From Lytechinus pictus (Eukaryota), in NCBI RefSeq assembly GCF_037042905.1, contig NC_087245.1, positions 6,202,001 through 6,266,000 on the forward strand: DNA of 64,000 bases. The letters are read 5' to 3'. The translations under genes were made by a program, and so were the position numbers. The notes beneath the pieces were generated by a model that worked only from the letters and a program-made list of their open reading frames with translations, was not told the DNA's origin and searched no databases. Of the stretch, positions 47,827 through 61,377 are shown one piece after another (the stretch's first letter is position 1; every line of letters starts with the position of its first letter).

Positions 47827-50193
47827 CTGTAATAAAAAGAAGAGGAAAAGAAATTATATATCAAGGTTGTTTTAGAATTATGCTCCAGAAAAACATATCA
47901 ATTACATATGCATATACACCGGGAGGTCAAGTTTTAACATGTATTTACATGTACAAACATCTTTCTTTGTAAAAATGTTACTATATAATCATCAAAGGAC
48001 AGTTGTGAATTCTATTTAAGTTTTAATCTTGTAATGTAACATGTAAGCTGATTACTTTGGTTGCTCTTAACTTCATAAATAGCCATTGAAAAAGAAATTT
48101 GAATTATTCTATTCTTTGCATAATTACAAAAATATACTTCTCTTTGGGGGAAAAAATACACATGAACGTAGCTGGTATAAACCATTAACCATTAAAGAGC
48201 GAAAATTTTTGAAAAAATTATGGCACAAAGTAAAATGTACATGTATCTCTCCCACAGAACAGCTTTGCCACAAAAAAAAAACAACTAACAGAACAGCTCT
48301 ATTACAAAACACAAATTTCAAAACAAATTCACAAATTATTGAATGGAAAAAAAATGACTTCAATCAAATCATGCCAGCATGGAAAAGGGAGTCTGAATTC
48401 TTGGAGAAATGCTTGACCTGGTAAACCTGTATTCATTTGTTTGTGATTGAAATCATTTTTGTAACATCAGTCCTGATACTTTTCAGTCACACTTTCTTAT
48501 ACCAAATTTCAAAGGTCAAATTTATTACAGACTTTTCTCCTCCAATTTCTAATTCACAATATCTGGAAAATCAACTCTTTGTAATAATATCTACAAAAAA
48601 ATCTCTTGTGGTTCAGTTGAATACTCTAAAAGCTCACACCACTCAAAAGTTTATTTCTGTCACCTGCATTAAAAAGAATTATCACCCTAAGCTTTCTTTT
48701 GAATCACGACAGGACTTGAACAAATCAACCGTTTCCATGTCAATAGCTAATTGACGTCAATAAGCGTATCGTTTCCCTCTTATCTCATCTATATGTACTT
48801 TATAGCCTGTATCATGTTCTCTCCATTTTTAACTGATGGAATAATTAACCCAACCTTTCACTGCCATTATTGACTATGAATTTCAACCTCTCAATTATGA
48901 AGTACTTATATCAAAATAATTGATGATATACCCCGTACTTAGGAAGGCAAGGCAATTTCTATGACCCATTTTTTAAATAATATTCATGTCTAGATTGTAA
49001 AAATTAAGTCTTGAACATGAATTGCCTTTTTCCTATCATTCCAGTGGTTGTTGGTATAGTGTATGGTTTGAAGGCTAGTAAGTGTAATTCTTCTTTGCAC
49101 AGTTCACATGAAATAAGTGTCTGATTCAACACAGGGGCTCAACTATTTATCTATATTTAAAGGAAAAAAATAATAAATTATATTCAATAATTTCAGGGAT
49201 TTGATTTTTCAGTAATTAATTGCAAAAATTATTTGATAAACCAAGCTGAATTTGTCTGTCTCTCCTAGTGTGTGGTCCTTGATACACCTTTTCAATAATT
49301 CCCCTTAAAATAGTCCAGATCAGGTTCAGACTCCGCAATAAGAATTTTATTAATTATTTCCTAATTAGTCTACAATATTTACAAGTGTAGCTTGGAACTA
49401 CACGTAGTGCAGACTATCATCATGGTAAACTACTAGTGATAAAGCACTCAAACTTGTGACCTTTGACCTCAGTGTCCGCACTATCAAAGAACTCTGTTCA
49501 TTGATTCCAAAGTGAGATCTAGTGGGCCTAGAGTGCAGACTGGGTATCAACAAACAAATAGATCAGACAATTCTGGTCCTCACCCTTTCATTAATTTATC
49601 TTTCAAAATATAGTTCACAGGCATAGTCCACACCCACACATTAATGAAACAGGAATTTCACTATCACTGAAACATATATTGCATTCAAGGTATATAACTT
49701 ATATAACTTTTTCGTCACTTACACAATCGCAAGATTGAAAAAGAAAATCTTTATCTTAATTTAGGTATATAATCAATGCACTATAACCCCCCCCCCCCAG
49801 CAGTTCTTAACCACAAGAATTCATGCCATAGATAGACAAAAACTCAACAGGAATAGACCTACTCAACATCTACACATGACAAACAGCACTAAAAATCCTT
49901 GACCTTTCTCATGAAAATGGAATTGCTATTTCATAAGAAATAACTCATTTTTTCTTTCTGCACGTGCACCAGCAAAGCATGTGTCAAATACATATAACTG
50001 TGACTTCCTCGGGTAGATACAAACAACATTTTGTCTTGTGAATGATGAAAGGTATCATATCATTTCGCTTCCTCTTTATCAATTTATAAATGAATGGATA
50101 ATTATGTAAAATGTATATTTAAGCTGTGTAACAAGAAAATGAAAATGAATTGATGTTTGATACTATCCTATGACTAAAATTTAAAATACATGT

Positions 50194-52419
50194 CAACCAA
50201 AAAATTACACGGGGGCGGCGGGCGAATTCGCCCCGGAAAGTCCAAAAAGAGCCCCGGAAAAGGGCTAAAAACATTCACACGAGGGCGACTGCAAAACTCA
50301 TAATCGCCCCCGTCAACTAGGCTTGGGAGCCAGTGCCGGGTAATCGAGTCTACCCGATTCTCAATGCCAGAGTCGGGGAGTCGACCCTGATCTCTGGAGA
50401 CTCGAGTACCAAGCGGCGGCGGTTCTGAGATAAAGGGACTCGAGTCTTTGCCATGCTCTCTCATTCATGGACGAAAATCGGCCCCAGCGCCGACTCCAAG
50501 CACTGAGATAAAATAAATGTAGAATTTGGAGCCGAGGAGTCATATACTTCGAGCAGAACGTTTCTCTGCGCTGCTTGTGTGCTTTAGGCTCAGTGTGACT
50601 GCATGTGGTATGGGGATGCATCGTGTGCATTGTGTGTAGTGTGTATTTCTGTGTGTGTGACTGTAAAATGCCAGTAGAGACCACGTGCGCATGTGTTGAG
50701 CGACACTTGTGATTGTATCATGAACTGGGATTTGTGTGTGGATTGTGTGAGAAGTTTGGTGAAGGTGTAAGATTTTGGGCGAATTGATAGATGATTGCTC
50801 CCCCCCCTCCCATTTATGTACACTCTCTAGCCCCATGTCGAGCTGCAGCCACCCATCTTGATCCTTCCCCCCAAAGCTTGTCTCTCCTCATTCCTTCTTT
50901 TCTTCCAAACTTTATTTCCCTATTATTCTTGTTAATTTCTCCTTTTACAAGTTGTAATTCACTACGAACTTCATTATAATTTTAATGAAGTGTTTATCAC
51001 CTCTTGTTTGTTTTTAAATATTTTTATATCTCTGTTCAAAACAAGAGTCTCGTCTATCCCTTTAAAAAAAATCACGCTTTGATTTTTTTTTCTTTCATTC
51101 CAAAATCCCATTGATAACGTTTGCTTGCTAGTCTTAAATTGGAGTCTTGCCTTATTGGAATATTGGCAAGAAGTTAATAAAAAAAATGATGTTATTGTTC
51201 TGTCAGTAATAAAAGTAGAGATTCAACTATGGATATTTTTCAGTCATATTTCATTTAATCTTCGTTATTTTAATCCAAACATTCATTTTTTTTCAATGAT
51301 GTATTTCACCTTTGGCCAGTTCGCCATTTTCTTAAGTGACTGAAAACGTAGACTAGCCCCTTAATTCAGGGACATCAACCCTCGGCAATTTGTTTACATA
51401 ACTTTCTTTGTCTCCATCATGTATTGCACAATCTTGAGAAGCACATGTTTGGAAATCTGATATTCTTGTGGTGGTGGTGGGGGGGGGGGGGTACGAGAGT
51501 GCCGCCCTTTTCATTCTGTTTTGGTTTGGCTGCCACATTGCCTCTCTCACTGTGTGGAGAAATTAGGTCAGGTAAAATTTGCAAAGACGTGGATAAGTTC
51601 ATTTCAATTAGAGGCCGTGCAAGGCTAGGCATTCATGATGGATGATGGAAATTGCCAGTTTTGGTTCTGGTAGGCCTTTTTGTCATGAATCTGTGTAACT
51701 GATACGAACGCTTAACAATTCAATGACCTTTATGACTTATATCATTATTTTGTATGAATAATTGTAAGTCTTTTTTAAAAAGTGTCATTTAAATAACTTT
51801 CAGTCAAATATGTACGAAGGATATTTGTTCAACTTCATAACATTTGTAGGTACCTATATTGTATGATAAAATAAATGACCTCAGAATTGTACAAATTCAG
51901 AACTTTCTTTTTCTTTTACATTGTCTTTAGACACGAATACAGATATTTCTAGATTAATTTGGCAAATGGGCTATAACACTAAATAGTAAACACGCAAAGC
52001 TCACGTCAACCAAGTATCAAACATTCAAACTTGGATTAATTCATGGAGGTTCTACCTCCATGATTTAATCTGAATAGGTCTGTATTAGGTCCATGAATCA
52101 ACTCAGATATCGTTCAAGCATCAAAATCAATCTATCATCACAACACTAAAATCATAAACAATCACTTCGAAGAAACAATGCGAAGGTCAAACCAGGGAAG
52201 TGTTATACTTCCCTGGTATATGCTAGCTACCGTGTATATATATACACACACACACATACACACACACACACACAAACGCAAAAAAGCCGCGAAATAGCTC
52301 CAGAAATTGTAGCCCTGGAAAGTGGAAAAAGAGCCCTGGAAAATGAAAAAGTAGCCCTGGAAAATTTTTAAGTTTCTCCAAAAAGAGCCCTGGAAAGAAA
52401 AAAAGTAATTTTTTGGTTG
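50194..52419. mobile_element. 2.2-kb non-autonomous TIR transposon, 8-bp TSD (hAT- or P-like)
   Basis: Perfect 15-bp TIR CAACCAAAAAATTAC / GTAATTTTTTGGTTG; ATACATGT at 50186-50193 and 52420-52427; subterminal AGCCCYGGAAA repeats. Confidence 0.85.
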
Positions 52420-52624
52420 ATACATGTTATGCTAAGAGAATACACTGCAAAGTTTTTATGGATAAAATTAACAAACATTGGTTAAATGATTAAATCATCA
52501 AATAAAATTTTGAATTAAATTGCTGACATGAATTTCATAAATTGATAACGAGAAACAATGTTAACTACTTGGCAATGGATGTAAAAAAAACATTAAAAAA
52601 ATAACAGAAATCTTGTTTTCATAC

Positions 52625-53331
52625 CTCTTCAAACTCAAATGAGTCTTCCCTTGAGTGCAGACCATGACCAGTGACTGTTCCAGTATGGGTGTTACTGAGT
52701 TGTGCTATCCTTGGTTGTAAAGCCAATCCTTTCTCCTGGCTGATCTCCTTCATAACACTACACTTCTCATTAGGCTCAATATCTACCTCTCTCTGTGGTC
52801 TCCTGCCAAGGTTAGAACATCCACTTTGAATTTTGGATCCAAGTCGACAGGGAGGGTCATTCCTTTGGTTCTTCAAGACATTCATGTTTTCTTTCTCCTG
52901 TCCTGTAGATGGTGCAGTTGAGACTGATATGACCTCTGTCCTTTGACCTTCACCATGAAGTGTTTTATGACCAACTGGAGATGACTCTCCTATAGGAGTC
53001 AGTTCAATGTCATCAACATTGCTTTGCTCAACCAGCTTATGATGACCTTTGATCTTGTGACCCTTTTCATATTTGACCCCTTTTTGCGTTTGTACTGTTT
53101 CAACATTGTGGTTCAAGTCATCATCAGGAAGCCCTTTGTATGGTTCTTTCTTTAGCAGTTTGTTCTGTTGAGTTTCTTTCTGTTCATGTTGTGGTTCTAC
53201 AATGACGTTGACAGGTGTGCTGTTAACATTTGAAGGTGTAGGTTCACGACCAATTATTGGAGAGGTAGACATTCTAGATGATCTACGAAGGGCAGGACCC
53301 AAGCTTCTAAGACCACCAACAAGACTAAATC
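52625..53331 (-). CDS. ITPRID/SSFA2-like gene, exon 3
   Basis: TTTTAG| ... |GTATGA; ends HSREDSFEFEE, matching the family SFExEE motif. Confidence 0.85.
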
Positions 53332-53873
53332 CTAAAAGTAAACAAAGTTCAAACTAATAAAAAAAAATTGAAGTATAGATATTCATTAGGTATTGGATGG
53401 ACTTGAGTATACTGCAAGCTACAATACTTGCATGTATTCCATGAAAGATCCAATATAATAATCATTATTTTACTCCACAAGATAATAAAAATTGGAAATT
53501 ACTGGGGATTTACTGATGATCTTATCTCAGACACATTCAATTGTGATTAAATAGAATTTTTTATCCCTGGCATAGTTTTAGTACAAAATTAATGTGACAT
53601 TACAAGTAGTTTCTTTTGTGACATCACTATTTAAAGGAAATGTTAGATACACCGCAATATCAAGCGCAACATTAGAATATGTCAAGCTTGCAGACAATTC
53701 CCAAAACATTGATTAACCTATGAAATCTTATGGGGATGGCAAAATAATAATTTTCTTCAATATTTTTTAAAATAATGTCCAAAATTAGGGGATAACAAGA
53801 TATCCCATGGGATACAAAAAAGAGAGATATGGTATCTTTGGTTACTGAGAAGTTGGTAACAAACCATATTATA

Positions 53874-54683
53874 CAGTGCGTCAAAGAAAAAACGAAACCG
53901 AGATTTATCGATGATTTGTCATAACTTAATCACAAATACAATAGACAAATGACCCATCAGTATCATTGTAAAGCTGAGAGTCTCCTCTTTCATTTCAAAT
54001 AACTTAGAAAATTTATCATTCATGCATGAGTGAGCAAAAACAATTTGAAGAAAGGAAACAAAAAAGTCACTTGGCGGGCAGTATCTGAGTTTCAAAAAGA
54101 AGATCACATTTAAAAAATTTCAATATCTGCTCTTTAATTTAATTCTGTTTATTTGAAATAAGGCTTGAATTCCAATAATTTCATAAAATGAAGAGGTTTT
54201 ACTGGATAGCTTCCAGACTTACTGGATAGCTTTCAGACTTACTCGACACTCCGTTTTGTTGACGATCAGCCATGCATAGAGTCTTTTGTTAACCGTGTGA
54301 TAGCTTAGGTGAGAAACCGGTGAAAACATGTATGTTTCATGAAATTATGGAAACACATTGTTTTGAAGAAACATAGCTTTGTTGTTTTTTGACCATTTTC
54401 TGCGATTTAGCTATCAAATTAAAGAGCAGATATTGAACTTTTTAGGCATGTGATTTTCTTTTTGAAATTTTGATACCCCCCGCCAAATGACTTTTTGCTA
54501 TCCTTTCTTCAAATTGTTTTTACTCACTCATGCGTGGATGAGAAATCTCACATGTTATACATGTAGCATCTGAAAGAAGAAATTCTAAGCTTTACAATGA
54601 TAGGTCATTTGTCTATTATATTTGTGAGTAAGTTATGATAAATTATCGCTAAACCTCGGTTTCGTTTTTTGTGGGACGCACTG
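53874..54683. mobile_element. Tc1/mariner-type MITE with long inverted arms
   Basis: TA|CAGTGCGTC..AAAAAACGAAACCGAG ... CTCGGTTTCGTTTTT..GACGCACTG|TA. Confidence 0.88.
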
Positions 54684-55250
54684 TATATTGCTGTCACTAA
54701 TAATCAATAGATTTCATTTACTCAAACTTAAGTATCTATGAATTAAGTTCTCATGTATGCTGTCATAAACTTAATTGATCACTGTCAAAAGCATATCAGA
54801 TAAAGGAATTAAAAGTAATAACTTCAGAGAGAATTACAACTTTGTACAGAAAATTAAAGAACATTACTGAACATAGGCGATATCAAACTGAGGGAGTCAT
54901 GATGTCAATGTCTCATCTGAAATTAAAATTTCATTCTTTGTTTCCTATAGCATCTAGAGCTCATATTTTGTAGGTATCTCACGAATATCACAACACAGAA
55001 TTAATCTATGCATGATATCACACATCATGACTGCATTAAAAATGGGTCATTTTCCACACTGAAAAGATATCTTCTCTAACGATGAGTAATTTGATATTGT
55101 TGATTAGTTTTCTATTCAAAACTCAATCATACAGTTGCAATTATTTTGCAACCCAATTTCCCAGTTCCTCAAGTACAAACATATTTCCTTACTACATCAT
55201 CATTTAGATGAAAATAATGAATAGAGGAATAAATGGATATATTTGCTCAC

Positions 55251-55438
55251 CACATCCTCTTTCTAATTCATCCATCTGATAGAGGTAGTGATCAGTTGAG
55301 ATACCCCTAGCCCGAGATTGTGTTTGGAGAAACCTGGAAGGGATGCGATCGACAGCATCTTTGTCAGGTGATCCACCAAAGCCAAGGTTAAGAAGAATCT
55401 CTTCTGGGTCATGTCTGGCAATCAGCAAGTCATCAATA
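55251..55438 (-). CDS. ITPRID/SSFA2-like gene, exon 2 (KRAP IP3-receptor-binding domain)
   Basis: SIDDLLIARHDPEEILLNLGFGG..D...RIPSRFL..S.ARGI, the DPEEILxxLGFG...IPxRF signature of SSFA2/ITPRID1/TESPA1. Confidence 0.9.
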
Positions 55439-56035
55439 CTAAAAAAGGAAGAAAAAAAAAATGAAAACCAATGAGTAGTACAGCATCATCTCTCCCATGG
55501 TTGGATAGTTGTAATCATATTTTGCTTTAGGGAAATGAGATATTTTTTCACTTCTCTCATAGTTTTGGATGTTTATCAATTATGCCAACAATATTTTCTC
55601 CTTAATATCACTTTAATAATAAAGCTGTCATCAAGTACTTTTGTAGGTTATTGTTGATCAATTTTGAGTTATATATATCATTTTAAAGCTTATGATGTGC
55701 TTTTTCAAACTCAATAAAACTCAAAAATTAATTTTGGGCGACCTATTGTTGGTTTTAGGGTGGCTGGTCACATATTAGCCGATACTCAGAGTTACCAACT
55801 ATCGATACTAATATCCTGGGTAACTTTGCTGGGACATGCACGTCTGGTAGCAGTCAGCGAATGGGCCGATCAATGCTACAGTTAAGAGACAGCTCGGCTC
55901 TGCTGATTTCTCTAAATCTAATAAAACTTCTTCATAGCTTGATCAATCATGGACTGATTTCGACGATTAACACTTTGACACCTGAGAGAATTTTAGAGCA
56001 GTAGTGCGTTCCTTACGCAGGGAAATGACAATTAA

Positions 56036-56628
56036 AGGTCAAGTCCACCCCATAAAAATGTTGACTTGTATAAATAGAGAAAAATCACACTAGCAAAATG
56101 CTGAAAATTTCATCAAAATCGGATGTAAAATAAGAAAGTTATGACATTTTAAAGTTTTGCTTATTTTTCACAAAACAGTGATATGCACAACTCAAATGAG
56201 ACAGTCGATGATGTCCCTCACTCACTATTTCTTTTGTTTTTATTGTTTGAATTATACAATATTTCATTTTTTGTTGATTTGACAATAAGGACCAACTTGA
56301 CTGAACCATATAGTATTAAAACAATGCTAATTCCACGTGTTCAGGGAGGAATTAATCTTTGTTTAACTTGACAAGGAGGGGGAAAATAGGATATTCCCTA
56401 TTTTATATAATAAAATACAAAAGAAATAGTGAGTGGATGATGTCATCAGTCTCCTCATTTGCATACCCAACAGGATGTGCATATAACTGTTTTGTGAAAT
56501 TAAGCAAAACTTTAAAATGTCATAACTTTCTTATTTTACATCCGATTTTGATGAAATTTTCAGTGTTATGTTTGTTGGATTTTTCTCTTTTTATTCGAAT
56601 CAACTTTTTGTTGGGGTGGACTTGTCCT
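56036..56628. mobile_element. Kolobok-like MITE, TTAA TSD
   Basis: TTAA|AGGTCAAGTCCACCCC ... GGGGTGGACTTGTCCT|TTAA. Confidence 0.85.
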
Positions 56629-57799
56629 TTAACTGTTCACACTGGAAGTACCCATCATTGCACATCTGGGTACTTGGCAAGAACTACTATAGGAGGACAT
56701 ATCAGATTGTTGAAAATACTAACATGATATTCTCTATCTTTGAATTATAGAGACTGTGTACATGGAGTTTAAGACAACTTCAAAAAGGGATCAAATATAA
56801 GCTTATTTCCTTGTCTGATCCCCCTCCCTGCATTTTCAATGAAAGCAAAGCAAAGCAAATCTTTTAAAAATTCAGGTCCAGCAGAGCGGTGTAATTAACT
56901 TGACAATAATACCTCCAAACGTTTTGAATATCTAACAGACATTCACACACATTAGTCTATTTGTCAAGGAAAATTCACTAGCTTTTATTTTCTGCCTCCA
57001 TGTATGTGAACAAAATTTTCTCAAATTTTTAAGACTCAAAATGATATCAAATTATCCTGAAAAAAATGATATCAAACAATCAAACAGTTTTCATTTCGCG
57101 CTAAATTTCATTTCATTGTCTAAAATCACTACACTCAAACTTTTTTCCAGACATATCCATACGTCTCATTGAATATTCATAACATTTACTGCATTTTCAT
57201 GAGATACATGGCCCTGGGAATTTGTGGGAAACAGAGGTGCTGAAGCACCCCCCCCCCCCAGATTTGCCTGGGGGTGCTGCGTGTGTTATTCATCATCTAG
57301 GCAACACCCATTGAAAACCATGTAGGTGTGCTAAAAAGTATATTTAACCAAATCACATTCATTCATTTTTTTTACTTGTCAAATTTTTGCTGACAAATAG
57401 GTTCTGTGAGATTTCTTCTCGATTTTTACTCAAATAACAATGAAATAAATGACATGGACAGTCAATGAAACTATTTTTATTTTCAAAAAGGTAAATATCA
57501 CTCAGATTCATGGTCATTTGCAAAAGTTATGATAGTTTACTGAAACACTTTTCTCACAGTAGTTTCAGGTAACCTTTTGTTAACTTTAGAGAGATTTTGA
57601 GGTCACCACAAATTGAAAACAAGCCAGTAATTGCACTGCCCCTATAGCCTGAGCGCTGATCAATTTAATAGACTCTGCTTTTCAGAGTGTACCAATTTAT
57701 ATAACCATTACACCTTCACATACAAAAGATTGCTACACTCATACCAATGAAAGCAACTACAATAAACTGATTTGACATAAGGGAGTAGACATGGAAGAG

Positions 57800-57990
57800 A
57801 AAAATTAAGAGTCTGAGAAGATGAGATGTGGAAAAGAAGAGCAAGAGAGGAGAGGAAGATAGAGAAGAGACATGGTGGGATAGAGAGAGAGAAGGGAGAG
57901 GGGAGAAAGAAAGAGAAAGGGAGAGGGAAAGAGAGGAGAGAGAGTACGAGAAGAGAGAAAAAGAGTGTGACACAGGGAGAGGGGGGCATA
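57800..57990. repeat. GA-rich low-complexity tract
   Basis: Purine-rich run on + strand; similar CT/GA tracts at ~14280-14370 and ~33490-33610. Confidence 0.7.
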
Positions 57991-58713
57991 TAATCTGTAG
58001 GTGGGGTGGAGAGACAGACTTCTGGTTGAACAAGAACGACAGACAAAACAATGAGGGAAGAAGATTCTGCTTCAACCATTCACATTGATATCTGAGATGG
58101 AAAAAATAGGAAGAGTCTCAGCAGACAACATTGCTGTAAGGATTTATAATATTAATCAGAGATGAAGAAAGCAAGAACAGCGATCCCATAGGCTTTGTTC
58201 CCTGGATCAATCTACAATCCCTGGATACCTCAAATAAATCATATTAGAGACTTTATAAAATACCCCTTTAGTATCAAAGAATTCAATGGAAAACAAACTT
58301 GATTATTTCTTATAGAATCTCTCAGGAAAATCAATTTTCTTCTCCTGACAATTTTACCTTTCAGACAGACAAAGTTATTTGCTGCAATCTTCTGTTGCAA
58401 TGATTCTTTTTTTTAAAGTTGAATTGTATACCGGTAGGTAAAATAACTGTCAAATCTCTATTGAATGTAGGGGAGACTTCCAAAAAAGAAACATGCATCT
58501 CATTTCCAATCAATATCAATTCAGTTTCATTAATCATTTTCTTTTTAAAGGCTGACATCCAATAAAAATCCAACTAAAAAGAAAAATCAATATTATAATA
58601 AAGTTCATGATCCATTATAATGAAAATATCAAAAAAATGAAGTAAAACACTTTCCACAACATGACAGACTTGGTGTCTGAAAAATTACTGTACAATACAG
58701 TATATCTCTCATT

Positions 58714-59665
58714 GGTTCCATGACATTTGCTCCAGCGACAATTGTTCTGATGGAAAATCTAAACGTTAAGCCAAACACAAAACCTAACCTCCAAAAGTAA
58801 ATAAACCCTAATCCTTATTCTGAACCAAACACTGTGTAATACCATGGACCTATGAAGAGATGGACATTCATCGCTTAGATAATGAATTCACTAACAGGTG
58901 ACGGTAATTGTCATCTGAATAACATTTTCTTCATACTAGTCTTCTTTGGTCCTATGATCGTCACCGTGAGAAGGGACTGAATTAGTTCGTTATTGGACAT
59001 TTATATTTCACAAATTATATGCGCAGTTGATAGAAAATCAATGAAATAATGGATAATCGATGTGCAGTTTTTGTTTACCTTTGTTAATCTTAGTTCCATG
59101 TGTTTTATTTGGGGAAATGTCTGCATATTTTGATATAGAGGCAATATTGTGATTGATTGTTTACCATTTAAAATTCAATTTTCCCAAGTTTCTCCATAAT
59201 ATTCCAGATATACGTGGCACATAACATGTGTAGATCGTGTATCTTTCAATGTTATTGAGGTCCTTATGTGTGAGCGGTAGTTAGCGGATCGAATAATATC
59301 ATATTTTATATCATAAAAATCGTCTGCTTCTCAAGTTTGCTGATCCATATATGAAGCAAATTGACTGAAAGGCACATACTGAAACAGGGGATCAGCCAAC
59401 AAAAGTCAAGACCGGGAAACTGTTCCGTCTTTGAGTGATCAGATACCCTTGGTAGTCATGGTAATTGCTATTGTTACAACACCTGTATGTTCTCATTAAG
59501 ATGCGCATAACCAGGTGACGGTGACTATCATTGGGTCAAAGAAATGCTCGCGTTAATCGTCCATCTCTTCATAGGTCCATGGTAATACAATCCTAACTCT
59601 AACCCTATGCCCACTGAGATATTAAGACCAGATAAAATATCAGTGGAGCAAATGTCGTGTAATCC
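58714..59665. mobile_element. Small MITE hosting a nested P/Galileo-like element
   Basis: GGTTCCATGACATTTGCTCC / GGAGCAAATGTCGTGTAATCC ends; internal AACCCTAA-like motifs on both sides of the nested insert. Confidence 0.65.
58843..59581. mobile_element. Non-autonomous TIR transposon, CATGG ends, 7-bp TSD (P/Galileo-like)
   Basis: Perfect 23-bp TIR CATGGACCTATGAAGAGATGGAC / GTCCATCTCTTCATAGGTCCATG; GTAATAC at 58836-42 and 59582-88. Confidence 0.9.
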
Positions 59666-59846
59666 AAATGCATGCTGTGAAGGTTACAAATAAATTCAAG
59701 TTCAAAGTTTTGAATTATTACTTGGCAATGCATAAAGTACATGTATAGTGCATGATAAACAATGTCTTAGAAGTATAATAAGTATTTTCAACACATAAAA
59801 ATAAAGCAAATTGACAATTGAATCAAATAGAAAGGTAATATTATAC

Positions 59847-60782
59847 ATGGGTGGGTGGGTGGGTGGGTGGGTGGGTGGGTGGGTGGGTGGATGGATGGAT
59901 GGATGGATGGATGGGTGGGTGGGTGGGTGGGTGGGTGGGTGGGTGGATGGATGGATGGATGGATGGATGGATGGATGGATGGATGGATGGATGGATGGAT
60001 GGATGGATGGATGGATGGATGGATGGATGGATGGATGGATGGATGGATGGATGGATGGATGGATGGATGGATGGATGGATGGATGGATGGATGGATGGAT
60101 GGATGGATGGATGGATGGATGGATGGATGGATGGATGGATGGATGGATGGATGGATGGATGGATGGATGGATGGATGGATGGATGGATGGATGGATGGAT
60201 GGATGGATGGATGGATGGATGGATGGATGGATGGATGGATGGATGGATGGATGGATGGATGGATGGATGGATGGATGGATGGATGGATGGATGGATGGAT
60301 GGATGGATGGATGGATGGATGGATGGATGGATGGATGGATGGATGGATGGATGGATGGATGGATGGATGGATGGATGGATGGATGGATGGATGGATGGAT
60401 GGATGGATGGATGGATGGATGGATGGATGGATGGATGGATGGATGGATGGATGGATGGATGGATGGATGGATGGATGGATGGATGGATGGATGGATGGAT
60501 GGATGGATGGATGGATGGATGGATGGATGGATGGATGGATGGGTGGGTGGGTGGGTGGATGGATGGATGGATGGATGGATGGATGGATGGATGGATGGAT
60601 GGATGGATGGATGGATGGATGGATGGATGGATGGATGGATGGATGGATGGATGGATGGATGGATGGATGGATGGATGGATGAATAAATGGATGGGTGAAT
60701 GGATGGTGTGAATGGATGGATGGATGGATGGATGGATGGATGAATAAATGGATGGGTGAATGGATGGTGTGAATGGATGGAT
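59847..60782. repeat. (GGAT)n/(GGGT)n microsatellite, ~0.93 kb
   Basis: Directly visible tetranucleotide array. Confidence 0.99.
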
Positions 60783-61165
60783 ATAAACAACTAAAATAAA
60801 ATGAGACAAATCAATCAATTGATTAATTTTTAAATAAAGAATAAATAGATAAATAAGTATGTGTCCCACAAAAAATATGCCAATGGCACTCTAAATGAGT
60901 ATAATGTAAAAAAAAATTGATATCGTATATAATTTCATAATCCTAAACTAGCGTTTACTTTAATTTAAACAACTGGCTGAAACTTTACATAATATGGTCC
61001 ATTGAACACAGAAATATGAGCCTTCTTTCAGCACTCATCTAGAGTGACTCTTGCATTTTTTTTGGGGGGACACGCTGTATAAAACAAATAATCAATGGCT
61101 AGTTTTCATCACTCATTTATTCTTAATTTACTTTCCACTGTAGACTGCCATTTCTTCTTTCTTAC

Positions 61166-61377
61166 CTTGATTTCCTACATGTAACATCTTCAATTCCTTC
61201 TTCAAATTCCTGATGTCCCCCATTCAGCCTCTTTAAAATCTGCAGCTTCTGAGTATCAAAGTCAAAGTAATTTCCCTGACAACTTGACACCCAAGTACGT
61301 GTTCCTGAGTTATTGTAGCCTGATGCAATGAAGACATCATCATCACCAGGACTCGAGGTCGGATAACAGCTTCTCAT
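61166..61377 (-). CDS. ITPRID/SSFA2-like gene, probable first coding exon
   Basis: ATG at 61377 with in-frame TAA 30 nt upstream; |GTAAG donor; phase 2 matches exon 2 (KSSIDDLL). Confidence 0.7.

Noticed and set aside
57708..58088. Hydrophobic or charged ORFs
   Set aside because: Products of a GA/CT low-complexity tract.
58780..58812. Interstitial telomere repeat
   Set aside because: Only scattered AACCCTAA-like words inside a MITE, not a tandem array.
59702..60869. Long ORFs of HPSI / MDGW repeats
   Set aside because: Translations of the GGAT microsatellite.
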